Shown piece after piece: positions 49,057 to 58,687 of a stretch of 64,000 bases of DNA (position 1 is its first letter; the number at the start of each line of letters is the position of its first letter). The notes under the pieces were generated by a model. The model had not been told where the DNA came from and did no database searches. It saw nothing but the letters and a program-made list of their open reading frames with translations. The translations under genes were made by a program, and so were the position numbers. The stretch is from Candidatus Nomurabacteria bacterium (GTDB taxonomy: Bacteria; Patescibacteriota; WWE3; UBA101185; UBA10185): NCBI GenBank assembly GCA_020631855.1, contig JACKGU010000001.1, positions 295,601 through 359,600 of the forward strand. Direction: 5' to 3'.

Positions 49057-50157
49057 ATGCCCGACAAAAACTTTAGCATTGCAGACACCCCCAATCTTTC
49101 AGCCGCAGACTACGCATTTGCGGAACTCAGAACACTTTCGTCACTGGTTAATGACACCAGAGATATTCCTGAAGACCTTAAAGATAGGCTGAACCAGATG
49201 CTCGATCGTCTTGATAGAATGGCTAAGCTTGGTCACTATGCCCAAGAGTTCGATACCCTTTCCAGATATATCGAGACTATTGCAGAAATACCTTGGGGAG
49301 AAAAAACAAAAGACAATCTTGATCTAACAGAAACAAAAAATATTTTGGATAAGAATCACTATGGAATGGAGTGGGTCAAAGAGAGAATACTTGAATACCT
49401 AGCAACTATAAAACTTTTAAAAGACAGACAAAAAGAAGGGGTTGGAAAATCTCCGGTTTTGTTATTAGTGGGCTTACAGGGCATTGGAAAAACCACACTT
49501 GCAATGTCAGTAGCTGAAGCCTTGGGCAGAAAATTTATTAGAATATCCATGGGAGGTATAGGGAGTACTCTAGAATTAAGAGGAAGAAGCAAAGCCTACC
49601 CTGAAGCTGAGCCCGGGCAAATAATTAAAGCGTTGATCAAAACTGGCGTTAAAAACCCGGTAATCTTACTTGATGAAATTGAAAAAGCAAGCGGAGAGTC
49701 GGGGCTTAGATCGGATATCATGGCGATACTTCTGGAAATACTTGATCCGAGCCAAAATAACAGCTTTAGAGACCATTATATTGACTATCCGATAGATTTA
49801 TCCGACGTATTGTTCATTTGCTCAGCAAACAACACCGGCACAATAACAACTGCACTTATGGATAGGTTGGAAATAATCAAAATGCCTTCCTACACGGATG
49901 CGGAAAAAGCTACTATAGCCAAAGACTACTTATTACCTAAAGTTATCGAACTAAGTGGACTAAAGCCGGAAGAATTAGAAATTGATCCGGCTCTTTGGCC
50001 TAGCATTGTGCGTCCTTTTGGTTTTGATAGTGGTATTAGAAGCCTAAGTAGAACTTTAGAGGCTATTTGCAGAAAAGTAGCCAAAGAAATAGTTGAAGGA
50101 AAAACTAAAAAAGTAAGGGTAGACGAATCAAATTTAAAATACTACCTTCCCAGCTAA
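49057..50157 (+). CDS. Lon-like AAA+ ATPase module without N-terminal LON domain and without S16 protease domain
   Basis: NHYGMEWVKERILEYLA...LLLVGLQGIGKTTLAMSVAEALGRKFIRISMGG...ILLDEIEKA...ILDPSQNNSFRDHYIDYPIDLSDVLFICSANN...LMDRLEIIKM = Lon AAA+ core; ends at ...NLKYYLPS, the junction where the protease domain begins in Lon. Confidence 0.8.
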   Translation: MPDKNFSIADTPNLSAADYAFAELRTLSSLVNDTRDIPEDLKDRLNQMLDRLDRMAKLGHYAQEFDTLSRYIETIAEIPWGEKTKDNLDLTETKNILDKNHYGMEWVKERILEYLATIKLLKDRQKEGVGKSPVLLLVGLQGIGKTTLAMSVAEALGRKFIRISMGGIGSTLELRGRSKAYPEAEPGQIIKALIKTGVKNPVILLDEIEKASGESGLRSDIMAILLEILDPSQNNSFRDHYIDYPIDLSDVLFICSANNTGTITTALMDRLEIIKMPSYTDAEKATIAKDYLLPKVIELSGLKPEELEIDPALWPSIVRPFGFDSGIRSLSRTLEAICRKVAKEIVEGKTKKVRVDESNLKYYLPS

Positions 50158-50192
50158 CACGAACGGGATAAACAGGTGTAAGCAAGAAAAAA

Positions 50193-50804
50193 ATGAGCCA
50201 AAATACAGAAAAACTACAAATTATAGAAAGAGAAATACGCAAGTGCGAAAAGTGTTCTCTGTGCAAAACTGCCCTACAGGCAGTACCCGGAGAAGGTTCA
50301 AGCACGGCAAAAGTAGTTTTTATCGGCGAAGCTCCGGGAGCAACAGAAGATAAAACAGGCCGACCATTTGTAGGAAGAGCCGGAAATCTACTGGAAAAGC
50401 TTCTTGAAAAAATAAACCTGTCGAGGGAGGAAGTTTGGATAGGAAATATTATCAAACACAGGCCCCCTAAGAACCGCGACCCTCTGCCTGAAGAAATTAA
50501 AGCTTGCAGAGGGTATCTTGAAAACCAATTGGCAGTAATAAAGCCATCCCTGATAGTGACTTTGGGGAGATTCGCAATGAACCACTTCTATCCCGAAGGA
50601 AAAATTACAAAAGATCACGGCAAACTAATCAAACTGCACAATTTCAATGTTTTTCCTGTTTATCATCCTGCCGCGGCTTTAAGAAACAGATCATTTGCTG
50701 AAGCTTTAGCAAAAGATTTTTTAAATATTCCGAACGTACTTACGGAACTTAGTAAAAATGAGAAGAGTACAAATAACACAATGATGGCGAAGCCGTTATT
50801 GTAA
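50193..50804 (+). CDS. Uracil-DNA glycosylase, family 4
   Basis: GEAPGATEDKTGRPFVGRAGNLL motif; Cys cluster near N-terminus. Confidence 0.85.
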   Translation: MSQNTEKLQIIEREIRKCEKCSLCKTALQAVPGEGSSTAKVVFIGEAPGATEDKTGRPFVGRAGNLLEKLLEKINLSREEVWIGNIIKHRPPKNRDPLPEEIKACRGYLENQLAVIKPSLIVTLGRFAMNHFYPEGKITKDHGKLIKLHNFNVFPVYHPAAALRNRSFAEALAKDFLNIPNVLTELSKNEKSTNNTMMAKPLL

Positions 50805-50841
50805 ATAACTAATTCACAATAGAAAGGATTTTTAGTTAATA

Positions 50842-52551
50842 ATGAATACAAATAATTTTAATAGCGTCAATTCAATTCAACCTGAATTACGAATAATAGG
50901 TTTTAGCGGCGCCGAAGGCGCCACAAAAAACATGACAGTATATGAGTCCGGAACCGATATCATAATCGTAGACTGTGGTATAGGCTTTCCCGACGACGAA
51001 CTAAGAGGGGTCGACGTAGTAATACCTGATTTCACGTATATTCTGGAAAATATCGAGAAAGTAAGAGGGCTCTTTGTAACACACGGGCACGAGGACCATC
51101 TTGGTGCCATACCATATCTCCTGAAAGAAGCGAATATCAAGATCTTCACAACCCCGATTGTTCAAGGATTTATAAGGTCTAGGCTTTTAGACAGAGGGTC
51201 TCAGAAAATACACGATGATGTGAGTTTTTATACAATGGTGCCCGGAGGAGAAGCAGTAACATTAGGAAATTTCTCTGTTTCAGCTTTTCATGTTAATCAT
51301 TCCGTACCCGATTCAGTAGGGCTTGCAATAAAAACTCCGCAAGGCACAGTATTGCATATGGCGGACTATAAAATTGACCTTGCACCGGTAATTGATAAGC
51401 CCATGGATTTTGCAGCAATATCAAACTTCGGTAAAGAGGGAGTGCTGTGCCTGCTTTCGGACTGTCTAGGAGCCAATAAAGAAGGCCATTCTAAATACGA
51501 GCAATCGATGAAGGGCGTTTTTACAGATCTCTACGAAAAGGGCGAAGGTAAGCAAATAATCATTACTACGATATCTTCAAATATATCCAGAATGTATCAG
51601 ATAATGGACGCCGCTACTAAATCAGGGAGAAAGGTTGTTTTATTAGGCAGATCAATAAATAACAGTGTTGAGATTGCAAGAGGTTTAGATATGTTGCCTT
51701 TTTCAGATGAACTTTTTGTCAGCCATAGAGACTCCATGAAACATAGTCAGTCGGAGCTGGTTTACATTGCGGCCGGATGTTTCGGCCAGCAAGGTTCCGC
51801 TCTCGATAGAATAAGTAGAGGAGAACACAGAGATGTTACGCTTGAAGAAGATGCGTTAGTGATTTTCTCGGCAGATCCTGCACCTCCGGGAACAAGAATA
51901 CCTGTCGAAAGATTAATGGACCAACTAACCTTAAAAGGTGCTGAGGTTATATACACAAAGATTCAGGACAATCTGCACGTCTCGGGGCACGGCCCAAAGG
52001 GAGATCTCGAACTTGTAGCCTCAATGGTAAATCCAAAATATTTCATACCGATTGGCGGAAGCGTAACTCAAATGAGAGCTTACACGAGCATGGTAAAAGG
52101 TTTGGGATATTCAACAGATCAGGTTTTTGAAATGCTTGAGGGGGAAATATTGGAATTTACTGAAAATGGAGCTTTGATGTTGGACGAGAAAATAGACGTA
52201 AAACAGGTCTATGTTGACGGCACAGATGTAGGAGAAATAGGCGAAGTAGTAATAAAAGACAGAGAAATCCTCGCAAATGAAGGTGTCTTTGTAGTTGTAG
52301 TTCCTTACTCAAAAACAGACAAACAGGTGAAGGGCAATTCTGACGTCATAACCAGGGGCTTTGTATATGTTAAAAACTCAAAACAACTCATGGGGACTGC
52401 TAAAGACTTAGTAAACAAAATTATCGATAAGTCATCAACGGACGAGCCTTGGACAAAGCTACAAGCTAAAATTGAACAAGAAGTCTCAAAACTACTGAAA
52501 AAAGAGACCGGAAGAGATCCGATGGTAATAGTCCATGCATTATACGTGTAA
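50842..52551 (+). CDS. rnj: Ribonuclease J (beta-lactamase/beta-CASP)
   Basis: HGHEDHLGAIPYL; beta-CASP and C-terminal domain; 569 aa. Confidence 0.9.
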   Translation: MNTNNFNSVNSIQPELRIIGFSGAEGATKNMTVYESGTDIIIVDCGIGFPDDELRGVDVVIPDFTYILENIEKVRGLFVTHGHEDHLGAIPYLLKEANIKIFTTPIVQGFIRSRLLDRGSQKIHDDVSFYTMVPGGEAVTLGNFSVSAFHVNHSVPDSVGLAIKTPQGTVLHMADYKIDLAPVIDKPMDFAAISNFGKEGVLCLLSDCLGANKEGHSKYEQSMKGVFTDLYEKGEGKQIIITTISSNISRMYQIMDAATKSGRKVVLLGRSINNSVEIARGLDMLPFSDELFVSHRDSMKHSQSELVYIAAGCFGQQGSALDRISRGEHRDVTLEEDALVIFSADPAPPGTRIPVERLMDQLTLKGAEVIYTKIQDNLHVSGHGPKGDLELVASMVNPKYFIPIGGSVTQMRAYTSMVKGLGYSTDQVFEMLEGEILEFTENGALMLDEKIDVKQVYVDGTDVGEIGEVVIKDREILANEGVFVVVVPYSKTDKQVKGNSDVITRGFVYVKNSKQLMGTAKDLVNKIIDKSSTDEPWTKLQAKIEQEVSKLLKKETGRDPMVIVHALYV

Positions 52552-52570
52552 TTTTGTTATTATCTAAGCA

Positions 52571-54832
52571 ATGTCCGCAAGAAGAGGCCGTAAAAAAAAG
52601 TTTAAGCTGAAGTTTAATATACGTGGGGAAACTGTACGATCAATTGCAGCGTTATTACTAATATTGCTGGCTGGGGTCGTGCTAGTGTCCTTTGCTGCAG
52701 GAGTAGTCTCAGTTGACTCATCTATTCAAAGAGTTCTAAAAATTCTATTTGGATACGCGCACCTTGCTCTAGTGCCGATTTTCCTTATCACCGGACTACT
52801 CTTAATAGACAGTATTGATTGGAGATTTGTAGAGGGCCGGGTCTTAGCCGGCTTCAGTATACTACTTTTCGGAGCATCGGGATTACTTCACGCATTCTAT
52901 CTCGGAGACGGCTACGAGGCAGCAAAAGCAGGAAAAGGCGGGGGAATAGTAGGATACAAGATTTTTTCTGTACTAAGTTCTAATACCAGCTCTCTTGGGG
53001 CAATTCTTGTTCTGCTTACCCTGGTTATAATCTCTATCCTTCTTATCTGGGATAAGCCTATCGAAGAACTTGCAGCAAAACTTTCTGCATTAGGTCTACC
53101 CTTCTCTAAACTCAAGGCGGCGGGACTTGAAAGAAAATCAAAGAACGCTAGCACACACCAGAAAGAGGATATTCACATTACTTCAGGACTCAATCTAAAC
53201 TTCAGCGATAACACAGGTTACAACGAAAGCATAGAGAGTTCTCCGGAAGAAGATGCAACAAATTATCACGACGAAGATTCTGCAGCCGAGGAGATAGAAA
53301 TAATTCCTTCTCTAGCCGAGCCTAAATCTAAGAATTCTCACGAATTCAAAACAAATCCAAAAGTAACAGATACTTTGGCCCCGGCACCCCTTCCCTATTC
53401 GGATAGGGTGTGGGAAAATCCCCCCTTGGATATCTTAAACGATCCTCCGAATACTCCCGTAGATCGAGGAGACATCAATCAGAGATCGGCAATTATTGTT
53501 AACGCCTTAGCTTCTTTCGGCATAAATGTTGTGGTTAAAGACGTGCGTTTTGGTCCCTCTGTAACCCAGTATGCGCTAGAAACGGAGCCGGGAACCAAAA
53601 TTACTAAAATTTTAAGCCACCAATACGACTTAGCCCTAGCTTTGGCTTCGCCCACAGGTTCGGTTAGAATAGAAGCTCCAATCCCCGGAAAAAGTTTAAT
53701 CGGTGTGGAAGTACCAAATAACACGAGGGTCGTAGTTCATTTCAAAGAACTCTTACTGTCTGAGCAGATGAAAAACATGAAATCAAAAATCGGCATGGTT
53801 CTGGGGCTTGATGTTGGGGGGCAGCCGAAAGTTTATAATATCGCAAAAATGCCACACTTACTTATCGCAGGAGCTACAAACTCAGGTAAATCGGTACTCA
53901 TTCACAACATAATGTTCTCAATACTTTTTAGGGCAAGTCCGGAAGAAGTAAAGTTCATACTCATAGATCCCAAGCGCGTTGAACTAATGTACTACAACGA
54001 CATACCGCACTTGCTAACCCCTGTAATCACAGAGACAGAAAAAGCTCCTGCAGCTTTTAAATGGTTGGTGGGCGAAATGACCAGGAGATACAACCTTCTG
54101 GAATCGGCGCACGTAAGAAATATAGAATCTTACAACGAAAAGTCGGGCTTTCAAGCAATGCCATACATAGTAATGATAGTCGACGAGCTGGGGGAAATAA
54201 TGGTAACCGATCCTGCAGCAGTAGAAAAAAGTATTATAAGACTAGCTCAATTAGCAAGGGCTACCGGAATACACTTGGTGTTAGCGCTGCAAAGGCCTTC
54301 CGCAAATGTAGTTACAGGACTTATTAAAGCCAACGTGCCTTGTAGGATCGCGTTTAATGTTACCAGCCAGGTAGATTCCAGGGTAATTATCGACCAGCCG
54401 GGGGCGGAAAAATTGCTAGGAAAAGGAGACATGCTTTTTATTCCTCCAGACGACTCCAAACCCACCAGAATTCAAGGCTCTTATATTGCCGATAACGAAA
54501 TCAATGCCCTGGTATCATATCTTAAAAGCACAGGCGTAAAACCCGACTATAAAGAAGAGATTCTCTCCACACACGAGCCGGAAAAAAGCGTCTCTCTAGG
54601 AGGAGATAATGTCGATGAATATTATGACGAAGCTATGCGAACTGTAATTTCGGAAGGCAGGGCTTCCGCATCCTTATTGCAGAGACGACTGCAGATAGGT
54701 TATTCACGAGCAGCAAGAATTCTGGACGAGCTTGAGGCAAACGGTGTTATAGGTCCGGCGAGAGGTGCAAAACCCAGAGAAATTCTAAACAACTCCATTG
54801 CCGATCTTGAAGACGAAGAAGATGTGATATAA
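52571..54832 (+). CDS. ftsK: DNA translocase FtsK/SpoIIIE
   Basis: N-terminal TMs; LIAGATNSGKS; IVDELGEIM; LALQRPSANVVTGLIKAN; C-terminal gamma winged-helix. Confidence 0.95.
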   Translation: MSARRGRKKKFKLKFNIRGETVRSIAALLLILLAGVVLVSFAAGVVSVDSSIQRVLKILFGYAHLALVPIFLITGLLLIDSIDWRFVEGRVLAGFSILLFGASGLLHAFYLGDGYEAAKAGKGGGIVGYKIFSVLSSNTSSLGAILVLLTLVIISILLIWDKPIEELAAKLSALGLPFSKLKAAGLERKSKNASTHQKEDIHITSGLNLNFSDNTGYNESIESSPEEDATNYHDEDSAAEEIEIIPSLAEPKSKNSHEFKTNPKVTDTLAPAPLPYSDRVWENPPLDILNDPPNTPVDRGDINQRSAIIVNALASFGINVVVKDVRFGPSVTQYALETEPGTKITKILSHQYDLALALASPTGSVRIEAPIPGKSLIGVEVPNNTRVVVHFKELLLSEQMKNMKSKIGMVLGLDVGGQPKVYNIAKMPHLLIAGATNSGKSVLIHNIMFSILFRASPEEVKFILIDPKRVELMYYNDIPHLLTPVITETEKAPAAFKWLVGEMTRRYNLLESAHVRNIESYNEKSGFQAMPYIVMIVDELGEIMVTDPAAVEKSIIRLAQLARATGIHLVLALQRPSANVVTGLIKANVPCRIAFNVTSQVDSRVIIDQPGAEKLLGKGDMLFIPPDDSKPTRIQGSYIADNEINALVSYLKSTGVKPDYKEEILSTHEPEKSVSLGGDNVDEYYDEAMRTVISEGRASASLLQRRLQIGYSRAARILDELEANGVIGPARGAKPREILNNSIADLEDEEDVI

Positions 54833-54878
54833 TTTTTTCATATACTGCATGTATCAGTAATCTAAAAATAAACTGCCT

Positions 54879-55166
54879 ATGGAATTACAAACATTTTTAA
54901 TAATTACCTTAATATTCATCACTTTAAGTATAGTTGCAGTTTCTGTTTACATAATACTAATACTTAGAGAGTTTAAATCCACGGTACAAAAAGTTAATGG
55001 TGTCCTCTCTGTTACCGAGACACTATCGACTAAGCTCGCTAATACGAGCATAACCTTTGGAAATATTGTAAATGCCGTAATGGGTGCTGTGAAAACTGTC
55101 AAAACAATAAGATCCATAGCTGATTTTGGAGATGAGGAGAATAAAGATGCCAAAAGCAAAAGGTAA
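54879..55166 (+). CDS. DUF948-like small membrane protein
   Basis: Single N-terminal TM then helical region; typical partner of YtxH. Confidence 0.5.
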   Translation: MELQTFLIITLIFITLSIVAVSVYIILILREFKSTVQKVNGVLSVTETLSTKLANTSITFGNIVNAVMGAVKTVKTIRSIADFGDEENKDAKSKR

Positions 55167-55446
55167 ATTCATAAAAGGTTTGTTTCTTGGTGCTGCTATT
55201 GGAACCGTGCTCGGGCTTCTTAACGCACCGGCAAAAGGCTCTGAAACAAAAAAAAGCCTTAAAAGCAAGTCAGAAAACTTTAAAAAGAAAATCAATGCTT
55301 TAGAACAAGAAGATATTGAGCAGCTCAAAAAAAGAGTAAATAAAGATGTGAAAAGCTCTATAAGCAAAAGTCTTAAAATACTAGCTTCAAAAATAGAAAA
55401 AGAAAACGAAAAATCTAACAAGGATAAAACAGATCGTATTGCATAG
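55147..55446 (+). CDS. YtxH-like protein (start taken at MPKAKG)
   Basis: KGLFLGAAIGTVLGLLNAPAKGSETKK = YtxH glycine-zipper signature. Confidence 0.55.
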   Translation: MPKAKGKFIKGLFLGAAIGTVLGLLNAPAKGSETKKSLKSKSENFKKKINALEQEDIEQLKKRVNKDVKSSISKSLKILASKIEKENEKSNKDKTDRIA

Positions 55447-55475
55447 TACTCCCGGAATAATGATACAATTACAGT

Positions 55476-56285
55476 ATGGACCTTAATGCTGCTCAAAACA
55501 CCAATAATCAACAGCTAAACTCGCACCCAGACGATGCTCAGAAAAATAAGCTCAATACGATTTTACCGGGCACCAATTCTCAAAGCTTGGGAGGGAATTC
55601 TCCGATTACAAGCATTGCAGGGGTGTCGGACGACGATCTTCAAAACAAAAGCATAAATCTAGACACGCAAGATACCCTAAGTACAGAAAATAAGACCAAC
55701 ACAAACAAAGAAATAGAAAAAGCAAAAGGCTACAAAGATGACATAAGTAAAATTGTATATGACTTTCTAGAAAAAAACGGAGAGAGCCTAGACAGTATGG
55801 AAGAGGTTCCATCAGACATAGGACCCTCAATAAATAACCATCCCGCAACACTTGGCCCCGGAAAAGGAAGAAGGGAGATTTTTACAAGCCCTGTAATAGG
55901 AACTATTAGTGAAAATGCGCCTATAAGCCATCGCGAAACCTTCCAAACTGAAATAGACCCGGCTTCTCAAACAGAGCAGATTTCTGTAGCTAAGGCAGAA
56001 ACATCCGCTCAAGAAGAAAAAAATTCTTCGGAAATTCAAAGTATACAGGAAGTATTACAAAACCCACAACCAGATTCCGAGAATTACGATAAAATATCAA
56101 CATTGATTCCAGAAACCGAACCTATACCGCAGCCGGATAGTGATTTGAACGTTGTTGACCTGAGAACAGGCCATGAAAATTTGCAACAAATTGCCGATCC
56201 AATAGATAAATTAACTGAAGAAGCAGATGAGAAAGAGGCAGACTTTATAACAAAAGTGGAGGATACACATGCTGTCGCTAACTGA
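55476..56285 (+). CDS. Acidic, Q/N/S/T-rich low-complexity (intrinsically disordered) protein
   Basis: 269 aa, no TM, no motif; 17-nt overlap with downstream ATPase gene. Confidence 0.4.
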   Translation: MDLNAAQNTNNQQLNSHPDDAQKNKLNTILPGTNSQSLGGNSPITSIAGVSDDDLQNKSINLDTQDTLSTENKTNTNKEIEKAKGYKDDISKIVYDFLEKNGESLDSMEEVPSDIGPSINNHPATLGPGKGRREIFTSPVIGTISENAPISHRETFQTEIDPASQTEQISVAKAETSAQEEKNSSEIQSIQEVLQNPQPDSENYDKISTLIPETEPIPQPDSDLNVVDLRTGHENLQQIADPIDKLTEEADEKEADFITKVEDTHAVAN

Positions 56286-58677
56286 TATAGCCTACAACAT
56301 CTTCTGGATACTCTTTTACATTATTTTCTTGGCGAGCACTATATTAGGAATATTTTATATGCTTGCCAAAACCAAAAGACAAAGATTTCTAAAAAACAAA
56401 CAATATAATTTGACCTTCTTCCATGTTAAAGTACCACAACAAAACGAATTCGAAATAGATGCGGCAGAACAACTTTTTGCAGGCGTGGCAGGTTTGAGAA
56501 GATCAACTCTGGAAGGACTTTTGAAAGGCCAATACCAAGTCTCATTTGAGATCTTGGCCAAACACGGGCAAATAGGCTTCTATATAGTAATGCCTGACGA
56601 ATTGGTGGAATTTATGGAAAAGCAGATTAACGGGGCCTATCCTACTGCCGAAATAGACATTATTGATCCAAACGAAGTTTGGGACAGAGGGCACTTCACA
56701 GCTATCGCAGAGCTAAAACTTAAAGGACCGGCATTCTACCCTATTAGAACGATAAAAGAGAAAGAAGGTGACCCGCTAAGCACTCTCACCTCGGTACTAA
56801 CAAAGCTGAAAAAAGACGAGGTTATAGCTATTCAGCTTGTAACCTCACCTGCCAGTAACTGGTGGAGGGCTGCAGGAAATGCTTTTATCGGACATGTCAA
56901 ACACGGCGGAAATCCCGAAAAGAAAAGTGCCCCAGACAACTCCATGCTGGAAGGTGTTGAGAAAAAAATAGGAAAAAGCGGGCTTGATGTCGTTGTGAGA
57001 GTTGTCTCAATAGCTGAAACCAAACACATAGCGGAAAGCCACATAATGAACGTTGTAACCGCCTTCGAGCAGTATACTGATGTTAAATACAATAAATTCA
57101 AAAAAAGCAGAGTTTTATTTAAAACAAAATTTGTAAATGATTTCATTTACAGAAACATAACGCCTCTAAATATATACATCCCGATTTTATATAACACACT
57201 TTATAGCAGAACCTCGGTACTGAATATTACTGAGATGGCAAACATCTTCCACATGCCTAACAAAAACATACAAACTCCAAACATTCTGTGGCTAATTGCA
57301 AGAAAGGCGTCAGCCCCGTCAAACATACCTCACGAAGGCCTGTATTTAGGAATCAATCAGTTTAGAGGCTCACAGAGAGGTATCTATATGAAAGAGAAAG
57401 ATCGTACACGACATATGTATATTATAGGGCAAACGGGCACAGGTAAATCCGAGTTTATGAAGACACTGGTACTACAAGATATTGCCGCGGGAAAAGGTTT
57501 GGCTCTAATTGATCCTCACGGAAGCGATATAGACGATATCTTAGAAAAAATCCCGGAAAGCAGAATAGACGACGTAATACTTTTTGATGTTTCAGATATA
57601 GAACGCCCGATGGGATTAAACATGCTTGAAGCTGAAACCGAGGAAGAGAAACACATGATTATTAACTCATTTATTGCCTTGTTATATAAGCTATACGACC
57701 CAAACAGACAAGGTATCATGGGCCCTCAACTTGAAAGGGCTATAAGAAACGTTATGCTAACCGCAATGGTAGATAAAGAATCAACCATGGTAGATGTTCT
57801 AAGGCTATTGATCGACAACAAATATGTAGAAACTTTTATACCAAGAATTCAAGATCCACTAGTTAAACGGTACTGGACTGATGAAATGGCCAACACAAGC
57901 GACTACCATAAAGGCGAGAAAATGGGCTATTTTGTATCAAAATTTGATAGGTTCGTAACAGAGAGGACCATGAGAAATATACTAGGGCAACCAAAAAGTG
58001 CATTTAATTTTAACAAGATTATGGCAGAAAAAAAGATACTGCTCGTAGACCTGTCTAAAGGTAAGATTGGAGAAGAGAATTCAAACTTTATCGGCCTGCT
58101 TCTGGTTCCACGAATACTTGCTGCAGCTCTATCCAGAGCTTCCCTTTTAGGTAAAGAGGATTTCCCTGATTTTTATCTTTATGTAGATGAGTTTCAAAAC
58201 TTTGCCACACCTGACTTTGCTACTATACTGTCGGAAGCCAGAAAATATAAACTAAATTTGGTTGTCGCGCACCAATTTGTGGCACAGTTAACCGACGACA
58301 TTAAAGAAGCCGTGTTTGGTAACGTAGGAACAACTTGTGTTTACAGGGTTGGTCCGGACGATGCCGAATATCTTGAAAAACAGTTTGACCCTTATTTCAC
58401 AAAGTCAGATTTATTAAACTTGCCAATTGGAAACGCTTACATGAGGCTGCTTGTCGACGGCCACCCAACAACGCCTTTTTCCCTTGCTGTAGATTGGGAC
58501 ATGGTTAATAAAACTAAAAAAGATCCTTCTGTGGCAAAGAGAATAAGAGAAAACTCAAGCATGAAATACGGAACACCAGTAAATGAGGTTGAGGAATACA
58601 TAAATAAAAGGGCAGGGCTGAATAAACAAGGCGAGGATAGCCAACTACTTGAAAAAAGAAGTTTAATACCTTTTTAA
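56269..58677 (+). CDS. Membrane-anchored FtsK/HerA-superfamily ATPase with VirD4/TraG/TraD-like (type IV coupling protein) C-terminal signature
   Basis: N-terminal TM hairpin; about 340-aa insert domain; Walker A IIGQTGTGKS; Walker B LYVDEFQNF; ARKYKLNLVVAHQFVAQL...VGTTCVYRVGPDDAEYLEKQF resembles TraG-D_C consensus (Rs.gi.l.l..Qs..QL ... eTaeylS). Confidence 0.6.
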   Translation: MLSLTDIAYNIFWILFYIIFLASTILGIFYMLAKTKRQRFLKNKQYNLTFFHVKVPQQNEFEIDAAEQLFAGVAGLRRSTLEGLLKGQYQVSFEILAKHGQIGFYIVMPDELVEFMEKQINGAYPTAEIDIIDPNEVWDRGHFTAIAELKLKGPAFYPIRTIKEKEGDPLSTLTSVLTKLKKDEVIAIQLVTSPASNWWRAAGNAFIGHVKHGGNPEKKSAPDNSMLEGVEKKIGKSGLDVVVRVVSIAETKHIAESHIMNVVTAFEQYTDVKYNKFKKSRVLFKTKFVNDFIYRNITPLNIYIPILYNTLYSRTSVLNITEMANIFHMPNKNIQTPNILWLIARKASAPSNIPHEGLYLGINQFRGSQRGIYMKEKDRTRHMYIIGQTGTGKSEFMKTLVLQDIAAGKGLALIDPHGSDIDDILEKIPESRIDDVILFDVSDIERPMGLNMLEAETEEEKHMIINSFIALLYKLYDPNRQGIMGPQLERAIRNVMLTAMVDKESTMVDVLRLLIDNKYVETFIPRIQDPLVKRYWTDEMANTSDYHKGEKMGYFVSKFDRFVTERTMRNILGQPKSAFNFNKIMAEKKILLVDLSKGKIGEENSNFIGLLLVPRILAAALSRASLLGKEDFPDFYLYVDEFQNFATPDFATILSEARKYKLNLVVAHQFVAQLTDDIKEAVFGNVGTTCVYRVGPDDAEYLEKQFDPYFTKSDLLNLPIGNAYMRLLVDGHPTTPFSLAVDWDMVNKTKKDPSVAKRIRENSSMKYGTPVNEVEEYINKRAGLNKQGEDSQLLEKRSLIPF

Positions 58678-58687
58678 GAAAGACGCT

